Assembly (NCBI GenBank): GCA_951406725.2
Contig: OX597824.1
Span: 79,236,001-79,300,000, forward strand
Length of the DNA: 64,000 nucleotides
Direction of reading: 5' to 3'
DNA from: Octopus vulgaris
Lineage: Eukaryota
This document shows positions 22,647 through 36,039 of the stretch, one piece after another. The notes under the pieces are model-generated. The model saw nothing but the letters and a program-made list of their open reading frames with translations. It was not told the DNA's origin and did not search any database. Each line of letters opens with the position of its first letter. Position 1 is the stretch's first letter. The position numbers and the translations under genes were made by a program.

Positions 22647-24012
22647 CTAGTGAAATACAAAACAAAAATTCTTTCTTTGAGACACATTTTAGAGAGAGGG
22701 ACAGACAGACAGACACAAAAAAAACAGAGAAACAGACAGTGGAGTTTGAGCTTGTTCTCTCAAAATATTTCCATCCCATCAAGAAAATACTAAATTTACT
22801 TCTGTACTATTTTAGAGTCAAATCATCATCATCATCATTTAATGTCCGCTTTCCATGCTGGCATGGGTTGGACAGTTTGAAAGGGGACTGGTGAGCCAGA
22901 TGGCTGCACCAGGCTCCAGTCTTGATCTGGCAGACTTTCTACAGTTGGATGCCCTTCCTAACGCCAACCACTCTGAGAGTGTAGCGGGTGCTTTTATGTG
23001 CCACCAGCATGAGGCCAGTCAGGCAGTACTGGCAACGGCCACTCTTATAGGAGCCACTCCAGCGGCACTGGCAACGCCATCACTCGAATGTTGTTTTTCA
23101 CATCCCATTGGCACAAGTGCCAGAAAAGTGATGCTGGTAACGATCATGCTTGAACGGTGCTTTTTACGTGTCAATTAGCGGCCCTGGCAACGATCACGCT
23201 TGGATGGTGTTCTTAGCGGATGATGTTCTTAGCGGATGGTGTTCTTAGCGGATGGTGTTGGTACAAAATATTTTCCATATATAGTTTTAGCTTCACCCTG
23301 TGTATACACTACACCCCAGTTTTTACGCTTAAAAATCAAATTTAAAATACTGGCAATCTATTCATGCGTAAGTATGACATGTTGTTGAATGATTTATTGA
23401 TAGACATAATGTGTTGGTATCTATGCCTTTCCCAAGGGGTGTTTGTGATGCAAGTAGAATGAAATGATTTGGACCTGTGACTGAAACTGCATCATTATGG
23501 GTTTGTCAAGAACTTATTTCCTGTTGTGTGACTGTCACCAGTGTTTAGTAGATAATATCGAAAAATTATTATTCTGCTTATCTGTGTGTTACATCAAGGG
23601 AGAAAGTTATGAGATATACATAGAGAAAGAAAGGGGAGAAGGAGAAACTAAAGAGAGAAATGGAAATTGCGTAATCAGTGAAGAAAATAGAAAGAGAAAA
23701 CATGAGAGAGTGGGGAGGTCTATATTATTCTGCATATGCTTAAATTGCAGATACAGTTGAAATGCTTAACATAATGAAACAATGTCGTGAAGACCTATAA
23801 ATAAATACATTAAAAGATGTATCGATAGATAGTTCAATTAAAGTGAAATAACTTTCGTTATCAAATAGCTGTGCATGCTACATTTTTGTCTTTCACGTGT
23901 TTCAGAGTAAAATCTGTGGCCATGCTGGAGCACTGCTATCATTCGGTCTTTCTTTTTTTTTTTAAATCTTTTGTTATTAGGTTTTAAATGCTTGTCAGTA
24001 TTATGAGAGTTA

Positions 24013-24055
<43 letters not shown>

Positions 24056-24303
24056 AATATGCTGACTTACACCATGAAAATTCCATGTGTCCTGTTACAA
24101 TTTTCATAGAAGGAGAAGAGAAATATTTCACCAACTTTGATATGGGATGTATTACAAGAATTCCCCAGGAGTAAAAAGATTGGAAAATGCTAACTTAACC
24201 AATAAAGAGTATAGAAATTTAAATTATAATATTTTCTAAAATTTACTCAAATCAAACAACAATTATCATAAAAAACAGAAGACGATGATGATGATGCACT
24301 CAC

Positions 24304-24468
24304 CTTCCTTTCCATAAGTTCTTTCTTTAGTTGGATCTTGGATGTATTTTTTATCAACGGATGCGTTGATGTCAGGGTTACTTCATCGATCAGAAGAGAA
24401 ATGAAGTTCCGAACATTAGCTTGCCTTACTTCAAGTTCATTGTCAGGTTGTTTTTTGTATGTAGATGC
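24304..24468 (-). CDS. Exon 19 (ASTYKKQPDNELEVRQANVRNFISLLIDE / NPDINASVDKKYIQDPTKERTYGKE), apparent 1-nt frameshift near 24380
   Basis: ttgcAG / GTGAGT, 165 nt. It enters in phase 0 but the next exon needs phase 1; the shifted frame gives ankyrin-like PDINA and restores the junction. Confidence 0.8.
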
Positions 24469-24699
24469 CTGCAAATACAAACAACACAATATTTCTAACA
24501 TAGGCAGGGAAAAAACAAATCTGGTGGTTGAATTGAACTCAGTACTGATATTTTTTTCATTAACTTAAGTATAAAATATGTGTGTGTGTGTGTGGTAAGG
24601 TTCCAGGTTCAGTCCCACTCTGTAGCACCTTGGGCAAGTGTCTTCTACTATAGCCTTGGGCCAACCAAAGCCTTGTGAGTGAATTTGGTAAGAAGCCCA

Positions 24700-24730
<31 letters not shown>

Positions 24731-24904
24731 CATGCATATGTTTGTTCCCTCAACAACGCTTGACAACCAATGTTGGTGTGTTTGCATCCCTGTAACTTAG
24801 CGTTTCAGCAAAAGAGACCGATAGAATAAGTACTGGGGTAGATTTGCTTGACTAAAGGTGGAGTTCCAGCATGGCTGCAGCCAAAATGACTGAAGCAATT
24901 AAAA

Positions 24905-24945
<41 letters not shown>

Positions 24946-25414
24946 TATATATACATACATACATACATACACACACACACATATATATCTTCTTTTTACT
25001 TCTTTCAATCATTAGACTGTGGACATGCTGGGGCGCAGCTTTGAAGGGTTTAGTACTGACCTCAGTACTAAACTTTTAATCCTGGTACATAATCTATTGG
25101 CGTCTTTTTGCCAAGTCAGTAAGTTATGGGGACAAAAGCAAACGAACACAAGCAGTGGTGGGGAACAAACACATGCATCGATATATACATATGCGTGTGT
25201 ATGTATATATATACACACACATACGACTGGCCTCTTTCAGTTTTTCTACTACAAAATACTCGCAAAGCTTTGGTTAACCCAGGGCTATAGTAGAAGACAC
25301 CCTAAGTGCCATGCAGTGGGATTGAACCTAGAGCCATGTAATTGGAAAGAAAACTTCTTACCATATATCCAGGCCAGTGCATGCAATTAAAATTAGCATC
25401 TATATATCATGCTT

Positions 25415-25452
<38 letters not shown>

Positions 25453-26440
25453 ACTGACAAGCAAGTTACTACAGTGTTTGTCTAGACAAATATATTGTGT
25501 TTAAGAACACAATAAATATAGAAATATTTCAGGCATTTTGGGCCCCTATCAATGAGCATTTACTCACAGCACCTACATGCCAAGATGAGATATATTACCT
25601 CAGGCGTGGAGTAAGAGTGAAGACCCTCTTTGGTCATGAATGACCATAGGATTGCACCTACAAAGTTCCACTGCAATGCACAGGTCTTACCCATGCATAC
25701 CATCCTCCCCTATCCATGCTATTGATGATATCCAAGGGAAAAGCAAAGGCCAATATAGCTCGGCACCAATGACATCACAACTCATTTCTACAGTTGAATG
25801 AACTGGAGCAAACATGAAATAAAGTTTCTTGCTCGAGAACAGAACACACAGCCCGGCCCAGGAATCGAACTCACTACCTCGTGATCGTGAGCCCGGCACT
25901 CTATCCAGAGCCATGCGCCTTCATATGCAACATAGGAAACGGTCAATAATACATTCACAGGTATTGCAAACAGCCACTAGCCTGCATAAATAATCCAACT
26001 GAAACAGCATTCAAATAAAATGGCCATCCATGACCATAGACTGTTGACAGGCAAATCAGACATATTACATTAAGTATGATACAAGGATATAAATCAGATA
26101 TTTATATGATACAAACAGATATTTATATAAAGACATTAACTAGAATGAAGAATAACGTATCTTTAATACAGGATTAGATCATGGCTTTTGTATGATGTAA
26201 TCTTATATTGAAGATGTGTGGTTCTTCATTCTAGTAAATGACTTTTTAACATATTCTGGGACATTTTGAAGTCCTGAGTGAATATTGGATTTACTTATAA
26301 CACTGGGAGTAGTACCACAGACATATATTATATTTGGATTTAATGATCTCTGATTGTTCAACATAGCCAAGTTTATACAGCCAATGACTGCTTAGAAGGT
26401 ATCATCTGTATGGATTTGTAAATCCCTATTATTCATTATT

Positions 26441-26441
26441 T

Positions 26442-26532
<91 letters not shown>

Positions 26533-26581
26533 ATATGTGTGTGTGTATATATATATAAATATATATATATGTATATGTATA

Positions 26582-26614
<33 letters not shown>
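26441..26614. repeat. Compound (TG)n/(TA)n microsatellite
   Basis: About 170 bp of alternating dinucleotides; many shorter ones occur throughout the window. Confidence 0.95.
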
Positions 26615-27172
26615 GTCAAGTAGAATGCTTATATTAATTCATTATCCTAGAAGCACTTATATTGAGAAGCCTCGGCTGCAGTAGACAAAGATATGTGTGT
26701 GTGTGTGCGTGTGTGTGTATGCACACGCCTGCATGCTGAATCAACTTCAGTCACGAGATACTTTATTTTACTGGACAATGCTAGCTATGTACATTAACTC
26801 ACACACACATACATTGCCTCAAACTTTTTGATTTCCTGGCATGACATAAACAGTGGTACAAAAGTTGAAGGATAGGATCCTCTGTCAGCTTGTCAACGAG
26901 AATTTGAGTTGTCTAATCAGCTAAACTACCTATCGGGTTAATTTTACAGGGTGAGGAAAAACATCTTTACCATGCCCCAGTAACTTCTTCCATTTCTGCA
27001 ATGATGTGTGCAATCTAGCATTCTTGTGATCAATGGCCAATGTTCTTATGAGTTTCAAGTGTTGGACACTTCTGTAGGAAAGCTGCATTTAATTTTTCTA
27101 GTTTGTCACAATACACATCCATCCAAATAGATGGTTCTGTTCAAAGGAAGCTCATTAAAGGCAACACCCTTC

Positions 27173-27570
27173 CTATCTATCTATCTATCCGCTCAGTCGA
27201 AGTCGACTCTTGGTTACTCGTTGGATCAGTGTCCTCCAGTCAGTTCTATCCTGGGCCGCTTCTTTCAGATTGGCTATGTCCATTCCGGTATCACTCTTGA
27301 TGGTGTCAAGCCAGCGAATTCTTGGTCGGTCTCTTCCTCTCTTGCCACTGACCATTCCGAGCATGATGTCCTTCTCCAGGGATTTTCTCCGCATAATATG
27401 ACTGAAATATGCCAATCTATGCTTGGTAAATCCTAGCTTCTAGCAACATTTTCGGCCTGATTTGCTTAAGAACTTCTCCATTGGTGAGCCTCGCTGTCCA
27501 TGGAATCCATAAAAGTCTTCTCCGACACCAAAGCTCGAATGCATTAATTCTCTTCTGGTCAGCTTTCTGA
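27173..27570 (-). mobile_element. RTE (BovB-like) LINE 3' end
   Basis: RINAFELWCRRRLLWIPWTAR...YFSHIMRRKSLEKDIMLGMVSGKRGRDRPRIRWLD...RLRLSG*, (TAGA)n tail. Confidence 0.88.
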
Positions 27571-29110
27571 AGTCCTGTTTTGGATGTTGCCTGAAATGGT
27601 TTGTCACACTTTCCCCATGATCATTTGTGTTTCATATTGTTATAGATGACCCACGACCCACTTTTTGTCTCCTGTTTCCATACTTTTCAAAAAAGGATCG
27701 TTTTCTTCATGCATCTGCAACTTATAGCAGATGGACATTCACTGGGCCATGTTTTCCTCATTCAATTGATGTGGGACTCAATACATTAGCCAGGTTGATG
27801 CAGATGGTTTTCAACATTCAATTTAGATATTTGGAGAATATCTGCGATCATCCTAGTTATATAAAAGGAGCTGATCTCGACTAACTCCATTTTGTAGCTG
27901 TTAATCTCAGTTGGCCAGCTAGAGTTAGGTGTATCTTGAACAGAAAAATTTCAGAAACAAAATCATGTAAACCACTCCTAGCACATACATTCTATGACAG
28001 TATTCTCTCCATACAAAGCAGATATCTTATTGCTGCTTTCTTGCTTTTTTAAAATTAAAAAAAAAAGCATAATGTGTTGATAATGTTCATTTTGGTTCTC
28101 CATTTTAAGGGTGGTCATAAAGTACATAAAACACAGCCCACCTCATTGTAAGTTCATGTTGAATTACATTAGCGTGTCAAGCATCTAATGAGTTCACATG
28201 CACAAAGGAAAAAAGTGAGGTCTGCAATGAGCTACCATCTACTTCTGCATGGTTTCTACAGCTGGGTGCCCTTCCTAACGCCAACACAGAACACATATCT
28301 TTTATATGTATTTACAGTAGATATAATGGCAGGATTTCCACACACATTTCAACAACTGAGGTGGATGGAAGCACTCCGTCGGTTACGATGACGAGGGTTC
28401 CGGTTGATCCGATCAATGGAACAGCCTGCTCGTGAAATTAACGTGTAAGTGGCTGAGCACTCCACAGACACGTGTACCCTTAACGCAGTTCTCGGGGATA
28501 TTCAGCGTGACACAGAGAGTGACAAGGCCGGCCCTTTGAAATACAGGCACAACAGAAACAGGAAGTAAGAGTGAGAGAAAGTTGTGGTGAAAGAGTACAG
28601 CAGGGATCACCACCATCCCTGCCGGAGCATCGTGGAGCTTTAGGTGTTTTTGCTCAATAAACACTCACAACGCCCGGTCTGGGAATCGAAACCGCGATCC
28701 TATGACCGCGAGTCCGCTGCCCTAACCACTGGGCCATTGCGCCTCCACACCCAACAACTGAGGTGTCCAGTTGTTCAATACACAGATATTTCAACTCTTT
28801 CGTTTTTAGTTTTTATAGCTCAAACACATGTATCCTTAACGTAAATCTTCTTCCAGCAGAATGAGTGTGACAAGACTGGCTCTTTAAATGACAAGGTACA
28901 GATCATCTGACAGGCCTCCACACAATTTTCAACTACACAATTTCACCAACAAATTAAGGCTCAACCCAAAGCTATACAGGAAAACATTTGCTCTACGTGC
29001 CACACAATAGCAACAAGCCAGGTAACTTATGATAACAAAGCAAGCTTCTCGTCCATTTGACAAAGCTTGCAGCCTACAATGCAACACACACACACACATT
29101 TTACACATAC

Positions 29111-29254
29111 CTGCAGGTTCTTGTATACTTGACATGCTTTCAACAACGGAGTATATCCATCATGATCCACCATTTTTGCAAGCTGCTTGAGAGTACTATC
29201 AGACGAAACATTTGTACCGTCAACCTCCATGTCTGTTTCTCCTGATGTCTTGTT
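29111..29254 (-). CDS. Exon 18 (NKTSGETDMEVDGTNVSSDSTLKQLAKMVDHDGYTPLLKACQVYKNLQ)
   Basis: ttatAG / GTATGT, 144 nt, phase 0/0. Confidence 0.92.
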
Positions 29255-30948
29255 CTATAATGATAAACATAAAATAACAATAAACGAACAATAAAAATAT
29301 TTTCATCTCAACAATTACCAAATTTTCAGCAAGATCTCTTGGCAACACAGAAAGATCTAAAAGAACTGATGTATTTTTCTTATCTGATTAAATATCAAAT
29401 GGCTGTTGACTTTAGATAAACTTGGATTAAATAATATTTGTTTTTAAACATATTGTTTTGAAGGCAGCAAAAGAGATGTAAGTTCAATTCTACACTAAGC
29501 TCTGGTCACACCTATTTATTTTATTTTATAGCTTAGACAAGAGGTAAGTCAGTGTGCACATAACCTCTTTGCATGGCCTCTAAAAATGGTGTGGAAAGGA
29601 CAGTGTCTTTCTGAATGGCCTTGAGAACGGTAAAAGTAAGGTTTCCTTGGTGTATAGGTTCCCCACCTGGACAGAACGCCAATCCATCGCAGGTGAGCTG
29701 CAAGATGCAGGAGGAAAGATTGAGAGAAAGTTGTGGCGAAAGAGTCAGCAGAAGTTCGCCATTACCTTCTGAGATTCAAACCCGCGATCCCTTGACCGCG
29801 AGTCCGCTGCTCTAACCACTAGGCCATGTGCCTCCACTTTACTCTGTTGTATGTGATGCTTTTTTATTCACATTATTTTAGATTACTCACACATTACCTT
29901 GTAGTTTGAGATTTTGATGATGAGATTTTGTATTCTTAGAATGACTAGTTTGAACATAAAACAGGTAGGATATTTGGATTGGACAAGGTTGGTTTAAATG
30001 CTAAAGGGTTAAACCTGATGAGGGATTAAGCCTATCACCTGAAGCTTTCTTGTAATTTCTGTGTATTTACCCAAACACACTGTATTTGTGTATAAAACAT
30101 AAGTATTTAACCCCTTTGCTACAATTTCTTTTAAAAATGATAAAGAATTTAGTAATGTAACCTCATCATCATTAACCTGGTGTTTGGAATATAAATTAAC
30201 ATGAAATTTTGAAAGGTTTTAATTTAGATCACATTAAACATGAAGTATGTATCATAGAAGAAGAAGCTATCTTGAGTGGGTTGACATCAAAATGGTTAAC
30301 ACATAGGTATTAAATATCCTATGAAAAGTAGCTTCTACAGAGCTGGAGAGATTCAAAATAAAACAAAAAACAAAAAGCTAAAAAATATTCTCCAGATATG
30401 AAGGGTTGTGTCTGAAGTGTTTTTCACTCCTAGTTCATTATATTGGTTTTATATTTTGGCAGAAAACCAAGTTCACCTGAGGGTGATAAGTTGATTACAC
30501 CAACCCTAGCACCTAACTAGTACTTTATTTCATTGACTCTGAAAGGATGAAAAGCAGAGTCGACCTCGGTGGAATTTGAACTCAGAATGTAAAAGACAGA
30601 CGACTGATGCCAAGCATTTTTGTGCAGCATGCTAACAATTCCACCAGCTAGTTGCTCTAAATAAAAGCTATAACAAAATGCCAGAATGTATTTGGTCTGA
30701 TTCTGTGACGAGTCTACCAACAAACAGCTATACACTCCTAATTCATTATATTTTTTGAGAGGAAAACTTTTGACACAATATTATCCAAAATGTTTTAATA
30801 ACTGAAACCAAAAACCAAATATCTCACTAAATACATAGTCGGCATTTAAACTGCAAACAATTATATGAAACCCAGCAAACTATTTAAGAAAGTATTTACT
30901 AGTTTATCACAAACCTAGAAGCATTTGGATTGTTTATGCAATATTCTT

Positions 30949-31260
30949 ATCTCTCTATATATATAAACGGCAAAATGTCTGTGTGTGTGTCCTCTATACA
31001 AATACACAATTTTTCAGTTAGAGGGCTCGCACTTTCTATGGTCATTTAAAACCTATCCAAGGGTGGTTGTGCACATCTTTACATTTCCCGAGTCACCCCG
31101 CAAAGCCATTAAAAAAATCAATAGAAGTGATTTTTGGTGAATTTTCTATCCAAAACCCAATCAAAATGCCCGAAACTTGATACGCCAATTGAATGCCAGC
31201 TAGCTGTATGTGATTGGTTGGAGATTTGGACAATACTCGTGTGTATGTGCGCATGCATGC
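30949..31260 (+). mobile_element. Possible non-autonomous Helitron-like fragment
   Basis: Starts a|TCTCTCTATATATATAAA..GTCTGTGTGTG, a layout typical of Helitron-N 5' ends; 3' CTAG end not found. Confidence 0.35.
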
Positions 31261-31334
31261 CTTTTACAGTATTTAATCCTTTAGCTGCAAAATTAAATTT
31301 CATGGTTATTTGGTTATTCCAGCAATGATGTTAA

Positions 31335-31555
31335 CCCTTTAGCATTTAAACTGGCCATATCCGGCCAAAAGTATTCTGCCTGTTTTATATTCAAACTGGC
31401 CAGATCTGGGCTCTCACACCAACCCTACAATATCATCTTAAAAATTAACAGCTACCTCATCAAACTTTCATAGCTACAAGATAATGCATGATTAATTCAA
31501 AACAATGTAGATGTAAAAGCATTAATTTTGGCAGAATAATACGAACACTAAAGGG
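31335..31555. mobile_element. piggyBac-like MITE family 2
   Basis: TTAA-CCCTTTTAG..CTAAAGGG-TTAA; copies at about 35235-35440, 37535-37752 and 39852-40070. Confidence 0.8.
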
Positions 31556-31834
31556 TTAAATATCAATCAAAAAATAGAAATGGTATTTTCTGCAAGTGAC
31601 ATGGCTTCAATAGACTTGAAATGTCTCAGCAAAACAGAATTTCAAACATGACATTCCTCAACAAAAGTTAGATTGGTATTATAAAACTGCTTTCTACATT
31701 TTTGAGTGGATATATGTTGATTTCCACAGTAGGAGGGTTAAGACTAGCAATGAGAAGATGTAAATGAAGCAGGAGGATAAAAAAAATATATATATATAAA
31801 AAAAAAACAAAACTACTGAGGTTTCAAAACTTAC

Positions 31835-31984
31835 CAGCTCAATAACCTCTTTCAGCAGTGATATCATATCAGATTGACTGCACAATTCTGCCATCATGTG
31901 TAGAATATTCTTACCAAACTTATTTTTGTCTAAAGTGATTTTGCCTTTCTTTTGAAGTAATTTCTTTGCCAGGAGAATGTTGTT
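31835..31984 (-). CDS. Exon 17 (NNILLAKKLLQKKGKITLDKNKFGKNILHMMAELCSQSDMISLLKEVIEL)
   Basis: ctcAG / GTAAGT, 150 nt, phase 0/0. Confidence 0.92.
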
Positions 31985-32359
31985 CTGAGAATGAAAAAAA
32001 AAAAAAAAAAAAAGTAATCAATAAAAATGACCATTCCCAAACACACATAATCTTTTATTGCCTTCAGCATTGGAATGCTGCTACATAGAAGCACCACCTT
32101 GAATATAATTTCATTCTATTGCAACAACCCTGGTATGGTCTACTACACAATTTTATTGTTCTCTACTTTATGAAACAGCTGAATTGAACACTACAGCTAA
32201 TTCCTCTGATATCTATTTTATTATCTCAGCTCGTTTGTGCTTCGTTGTTTATGGATACTAATATAACACATGCAGCAACGGTGTAACAAATGTAGAACTA
32301 TGAGATAAGATCTCTACAAACAAGTTGATCATTTTAAAACTTTTCAAGCATTGTAAATG

Positions 32360-32982
32360 GGATCTTTTCGGTTTGACTGGCAGTTTTTTAAAATAATTTC
32401 TACGTAACATAGGCGCAGGAGTGGCTGTGCCTTGGGCCGAACAGATTGTATATATATATATATATATATATATGCGTGTGTGTGTTTGTGTGTCTGTCCC
32501 TCTAGCATTGCTTGACAACCGATGCTGGTTAAAGGCGGTGCTCCAGCATGGCCACAGTCAAATGACTGAAACAAGTAAAAGAGTAACTAAACATTTTTAA
32601 ACTTCGTATACTGGTAGAATGTGTTTATAAAACATCTTTTTCTCTTGGCTTTATTGAGAAAATTCTATAGTTTGTAAGATATTTGTTGTTGTTTTTTTTT
32701 TCTTCAATTTCTGCAATTTCAACCAACCAATGACGTCTATTGAGGTGAAAACATTCTGTGCCGTATGAATATGTCCCTCGTTTAAGAAACAGATTGGATT
32801 TATTTGCATTTCTGAAGAAAAAAAAGATACCCTTCCCCCCACCCCTAACCCTAACTAACCCTAATTAACCCTAACCCTAAAACAGATTGAAATGCAATAG
32901 ATCGATATTAGGGTCATAATTATGGGCAACAATTTCATATGACACTGCCAGAAAAAAACTGCCGGTCAAACCGAAAAGATCC
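32360..32982. mobile_element. Merlin-like MITE (same family as 16686) with a deleted SINE B copy inserted at about 32409-32586
   Basis: Same TIRs, flanks TTGTAAATG / TTGTAAAGG, and a longer CCCTAA tract at about 32842-32880. Confidence 0.75.
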
Positions 32983-34341
32983 TTGTAAAGGTAACAGGAA
33001 ACTCCTTGAGAGTGCAAGTGAGGTATGGCTGTAAGGTTAAGAAATTTGCTTCTCAACTACATGCTTTTAGGTTAGGTCCCATTGTGCAGAATTGTGGGCA
33101 GGTATCTTCTCCTAAAGCCACAGGCAGACTAAAGCCTTCTGAATGGATTTGGTAAACAGAAACTGAAAGAGGTCTGCCACACACATGCATGTCTGTTTTT
33201 GTGTATTTGGGTCTCTATGTTTTGACATCTCACAATAGTGTTCTCTGAATGCAACATTCTGTAACTACTATGTAAGAAATGAGCCAGTGAGGGGAACCTC
33301 TACATAGTCACTTGATCTACTAGAAATATTAAGCCAAATCTACCTAAAAATCAAACCATGCATCTAAAAGATCAAGACCATGAATAATAAATATGGTCTA
33401 GGGTCCAGTCTGGTGTGCCCATAAAAGGATGGAATAATTTCAGTTGAAATGCTTTTGGACAGATGTCTGTATGATCAGATCTGAACTGAGTCTGAACAAT
33501 AAGAACTACATAAGAAATCTTTTGATAATCTGACTTGACATCTGTCACAGTTGAAGCTCATAAAATATTGCTAAAACCTAAACAAGACAGAACCTGCCAT
33601 TTAGTTTACCAGTGACAATTCCGAGGTTTTGTCACACAAAGCTGTAAGTTTATAGAGAAGGAGTAAGTAGTCAACTTAATTGAGTTCAGAACTTATTGGA
33701 TCAAATCACCATCATCATCATCATCATTTAACATCCAATGTCCATGCTGGCATGAATTGGACGGTTTGACCAGGGCTGACAAACTGGAAAGCTGCACCAG
33801 GTTCCAGTCTGATTTGGCATGGTTTCTATGGCTGGATGCCCTTCCTATCACCAACCACTCTGAGTGTAATGGATACTTTTACATGCCACCAGTGTGGGGT
33901 GCCATTTGCATGACACCAGTACCTGCCAAGACTGCAATTTTACTTGGCTTGATGGGTCTTCTTCTCAAGCACAACATAATGGCCAAAGATCTCAATCATT
34001 CGTCATAGCTTCCGTGAGGCCCAACACTTTGAAAAGAGCTTTTCACTTACCACAGGCACCAGCCACTTTGCCTGTGGAAGAAATAAAATCAAAGCTGACC
34101 CCTAGCAGGATTAAAACTTAAAATACGGAACAAGGAAATTTACAACTGCAGAACATTTACGCCAATTCTGTACAGTTTTTGCTCCGGCACCAACTTTATT
34201 TGGTGTTGTTGCAAAAAATTATATTGTCCCATGATCATCATCATATTGTCAATTCCCAGAAGGATATAAAGGCAAAATTAATTACGGTGAAATTTTAACT
34301 GAGAACAACGAAGACATACAACTAGACTGGGTAAATCTTTT

Positions 34342-34862
34342 GGATCTTTTCCTTTTGAACGGCACTTGGTCACATAATTTCTAGGTAACTAAAAAGTTTT
34401 AAACTTCGTATGCTGGTAGAATGTGTTTATAAAACATCATTTTCTCTTGGCTTTATTGAGAAAATTCTATAGGTTGTAACATATTTCGTCTAAAATTTTT
34501 CGTATTTTGGCAATTTTAACCAATCAATTACCTCCATTGACGTAAATAACATTCTGTGCTGTATGAATATGTCCCTCCTTTAAGAAACAGATTGGGTTTA
34601 TTTATATTTGTGAAGAAAAAAGATACCCTTCTCCCACCCCTAACCCTAATAATGGAGGTTAGTCAATGGAGGTAATTGATTGGTTAAAATTGCCGAAATG
34701 CTCGAAATTTCAGACAAAATATCTTACAAGCTATAGAATTTTCTCAATAAAGCCAAGAGAAAATGATGTTTTATAAACACATTCTACCAGTATACGAAGT
34801 TTAAAATTTTTTTAGTTACCTAGAAATTACGTTACAAAGTGCCGTTCAAAAGGAAAAGATTC
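34342..34862. mobile_element. Fold-back (about 200-bp TIR) variant of the Merlin-like MITE
   Basis: 34342-34541 is the reverse complement of about 34661-34862; exact 8-bp TSD AATCTTTT. Confidence 0.85.
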
Positions 34863-34908
34863 AATCTTTTAAACTCAGACTCAACTGTCACGGTGTAACA
34901 ATACATAC

Positions 34909-35028
34909 CTTTTCTATAGCAAGCATGAGAGGTGTAATGCCGTCAACTGAGCGTGCTGCTGGATCACAGTTGTTGTCGATGAGATACTCAGCAACTTCAA
35001 CACTAACGGCCATGCATTCTTTAGCATC
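34909..35028 (-). CDS. Exon 16 (DAKECMAVSVEVAEYLIDNNCDPAARSVDGITPLMLAIEK)
   Basis: tccAG / GTATGT, 120 nt, phase 0/0. Confidence 0.93.
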
Positions 35029-35687
35029 CTGGAGAAAAGACAGGAAGAATTTTTAATTCATTTTTGTTCATCGAGAAAATATGTTTATGAGGAAATTTAA
35101 TATTTTAAAAGGATATGGATAACAGTTATATGAATAACAATATTCTCTTACAGGGTTCAGCTTTTTGGGTGTGCCATGTGGTGGCTTCTGGGATATTTTA
35201 AAATTTTGTACAGCAATTCTTGATTAAATCTTGACCCTTTAGCATTTAATATGGCCATATCCTATCGTAAATATTTCTACCTATTTTATGTTTCAATTTA
35301 CTAAATCTGGCCTCTCACACCTACCCTACAATGTCATTTTAAAACTAAACAGTCACATCATTGAGATAATACCTGATTAATTCAAAAGAATGGGAATAAA
35401 TAATCATTACATTTAGCAGAATAATCTGAATGCTAAAGGGTTAAAGATTCTTAAGTTCAATACTTTCTAAGATAGCAAACTAGGATTCAATATTCAGTCA
35501 AGTAAACCGACTGGATAAAGATAGCAAGTTTTTTTTTCTTTTTTTTGGAAATTTTTATTGGATGTGTCTGCTGAGGATTATAGGGAATGATAGCAGTGAT
35601 ACAAAAAACTGTTAAAAGGATAAAAGTATTTCCTTACACAAAACAAAAACAAACAAAAAATGCAAAAGAGCAAATGAGTTTATTTAC

Positions 35688-35729
35688 CTGTCCTGATCTG
35701 GCGCTGCTGTTAATTGCAAGATGATGAAG
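35688..35729 (-). CDS. Exon 15, 42-nt mini-exon (LHHLAINSSARSGQ)
   Basis: ttttAG / GTAAAT, phase 0/0, completes the ankyrin motif GYNP|LHHLA. Confidence 0.85.
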
Positions 35730-36039
35730 CTAAAATAAGATAGAAGAAATAAAGATCTTTAAAGCAAATTAATTTCTTTTTTTTTTTGGCACATACATAA
35801 AAAGCATGGAGAAAATTGCAAATTTTACACATTTCCAGTAGGTCCAAAGACAAGTTAAAAGGTAAATATGGTAACAACTCTAATTCCAAAGGCATTAAGC
35901 AAATAATGAGAGATAAATATCCACTGTAACCACTGTATAAGATGCCACTTCAATTCGCCCACTGGCCTCAAGACAATCAGTGAAGAAATTTTATTTTATA
36001 TCAAGCAATGCTGACTCGCCGTAAGTATACATTTTTTTT

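Noticed and set aside
26392-26637. YI/HT/CV-repeat ORFs here and at many other loci
   Set aside because: They are translations of (TA)n/(TG)n microsatellites.
32842-32880. True telomere or chromosome-fusion scar
   Set aside because: Only a few CCCTAA units, always at the same internal position of a TIR element.
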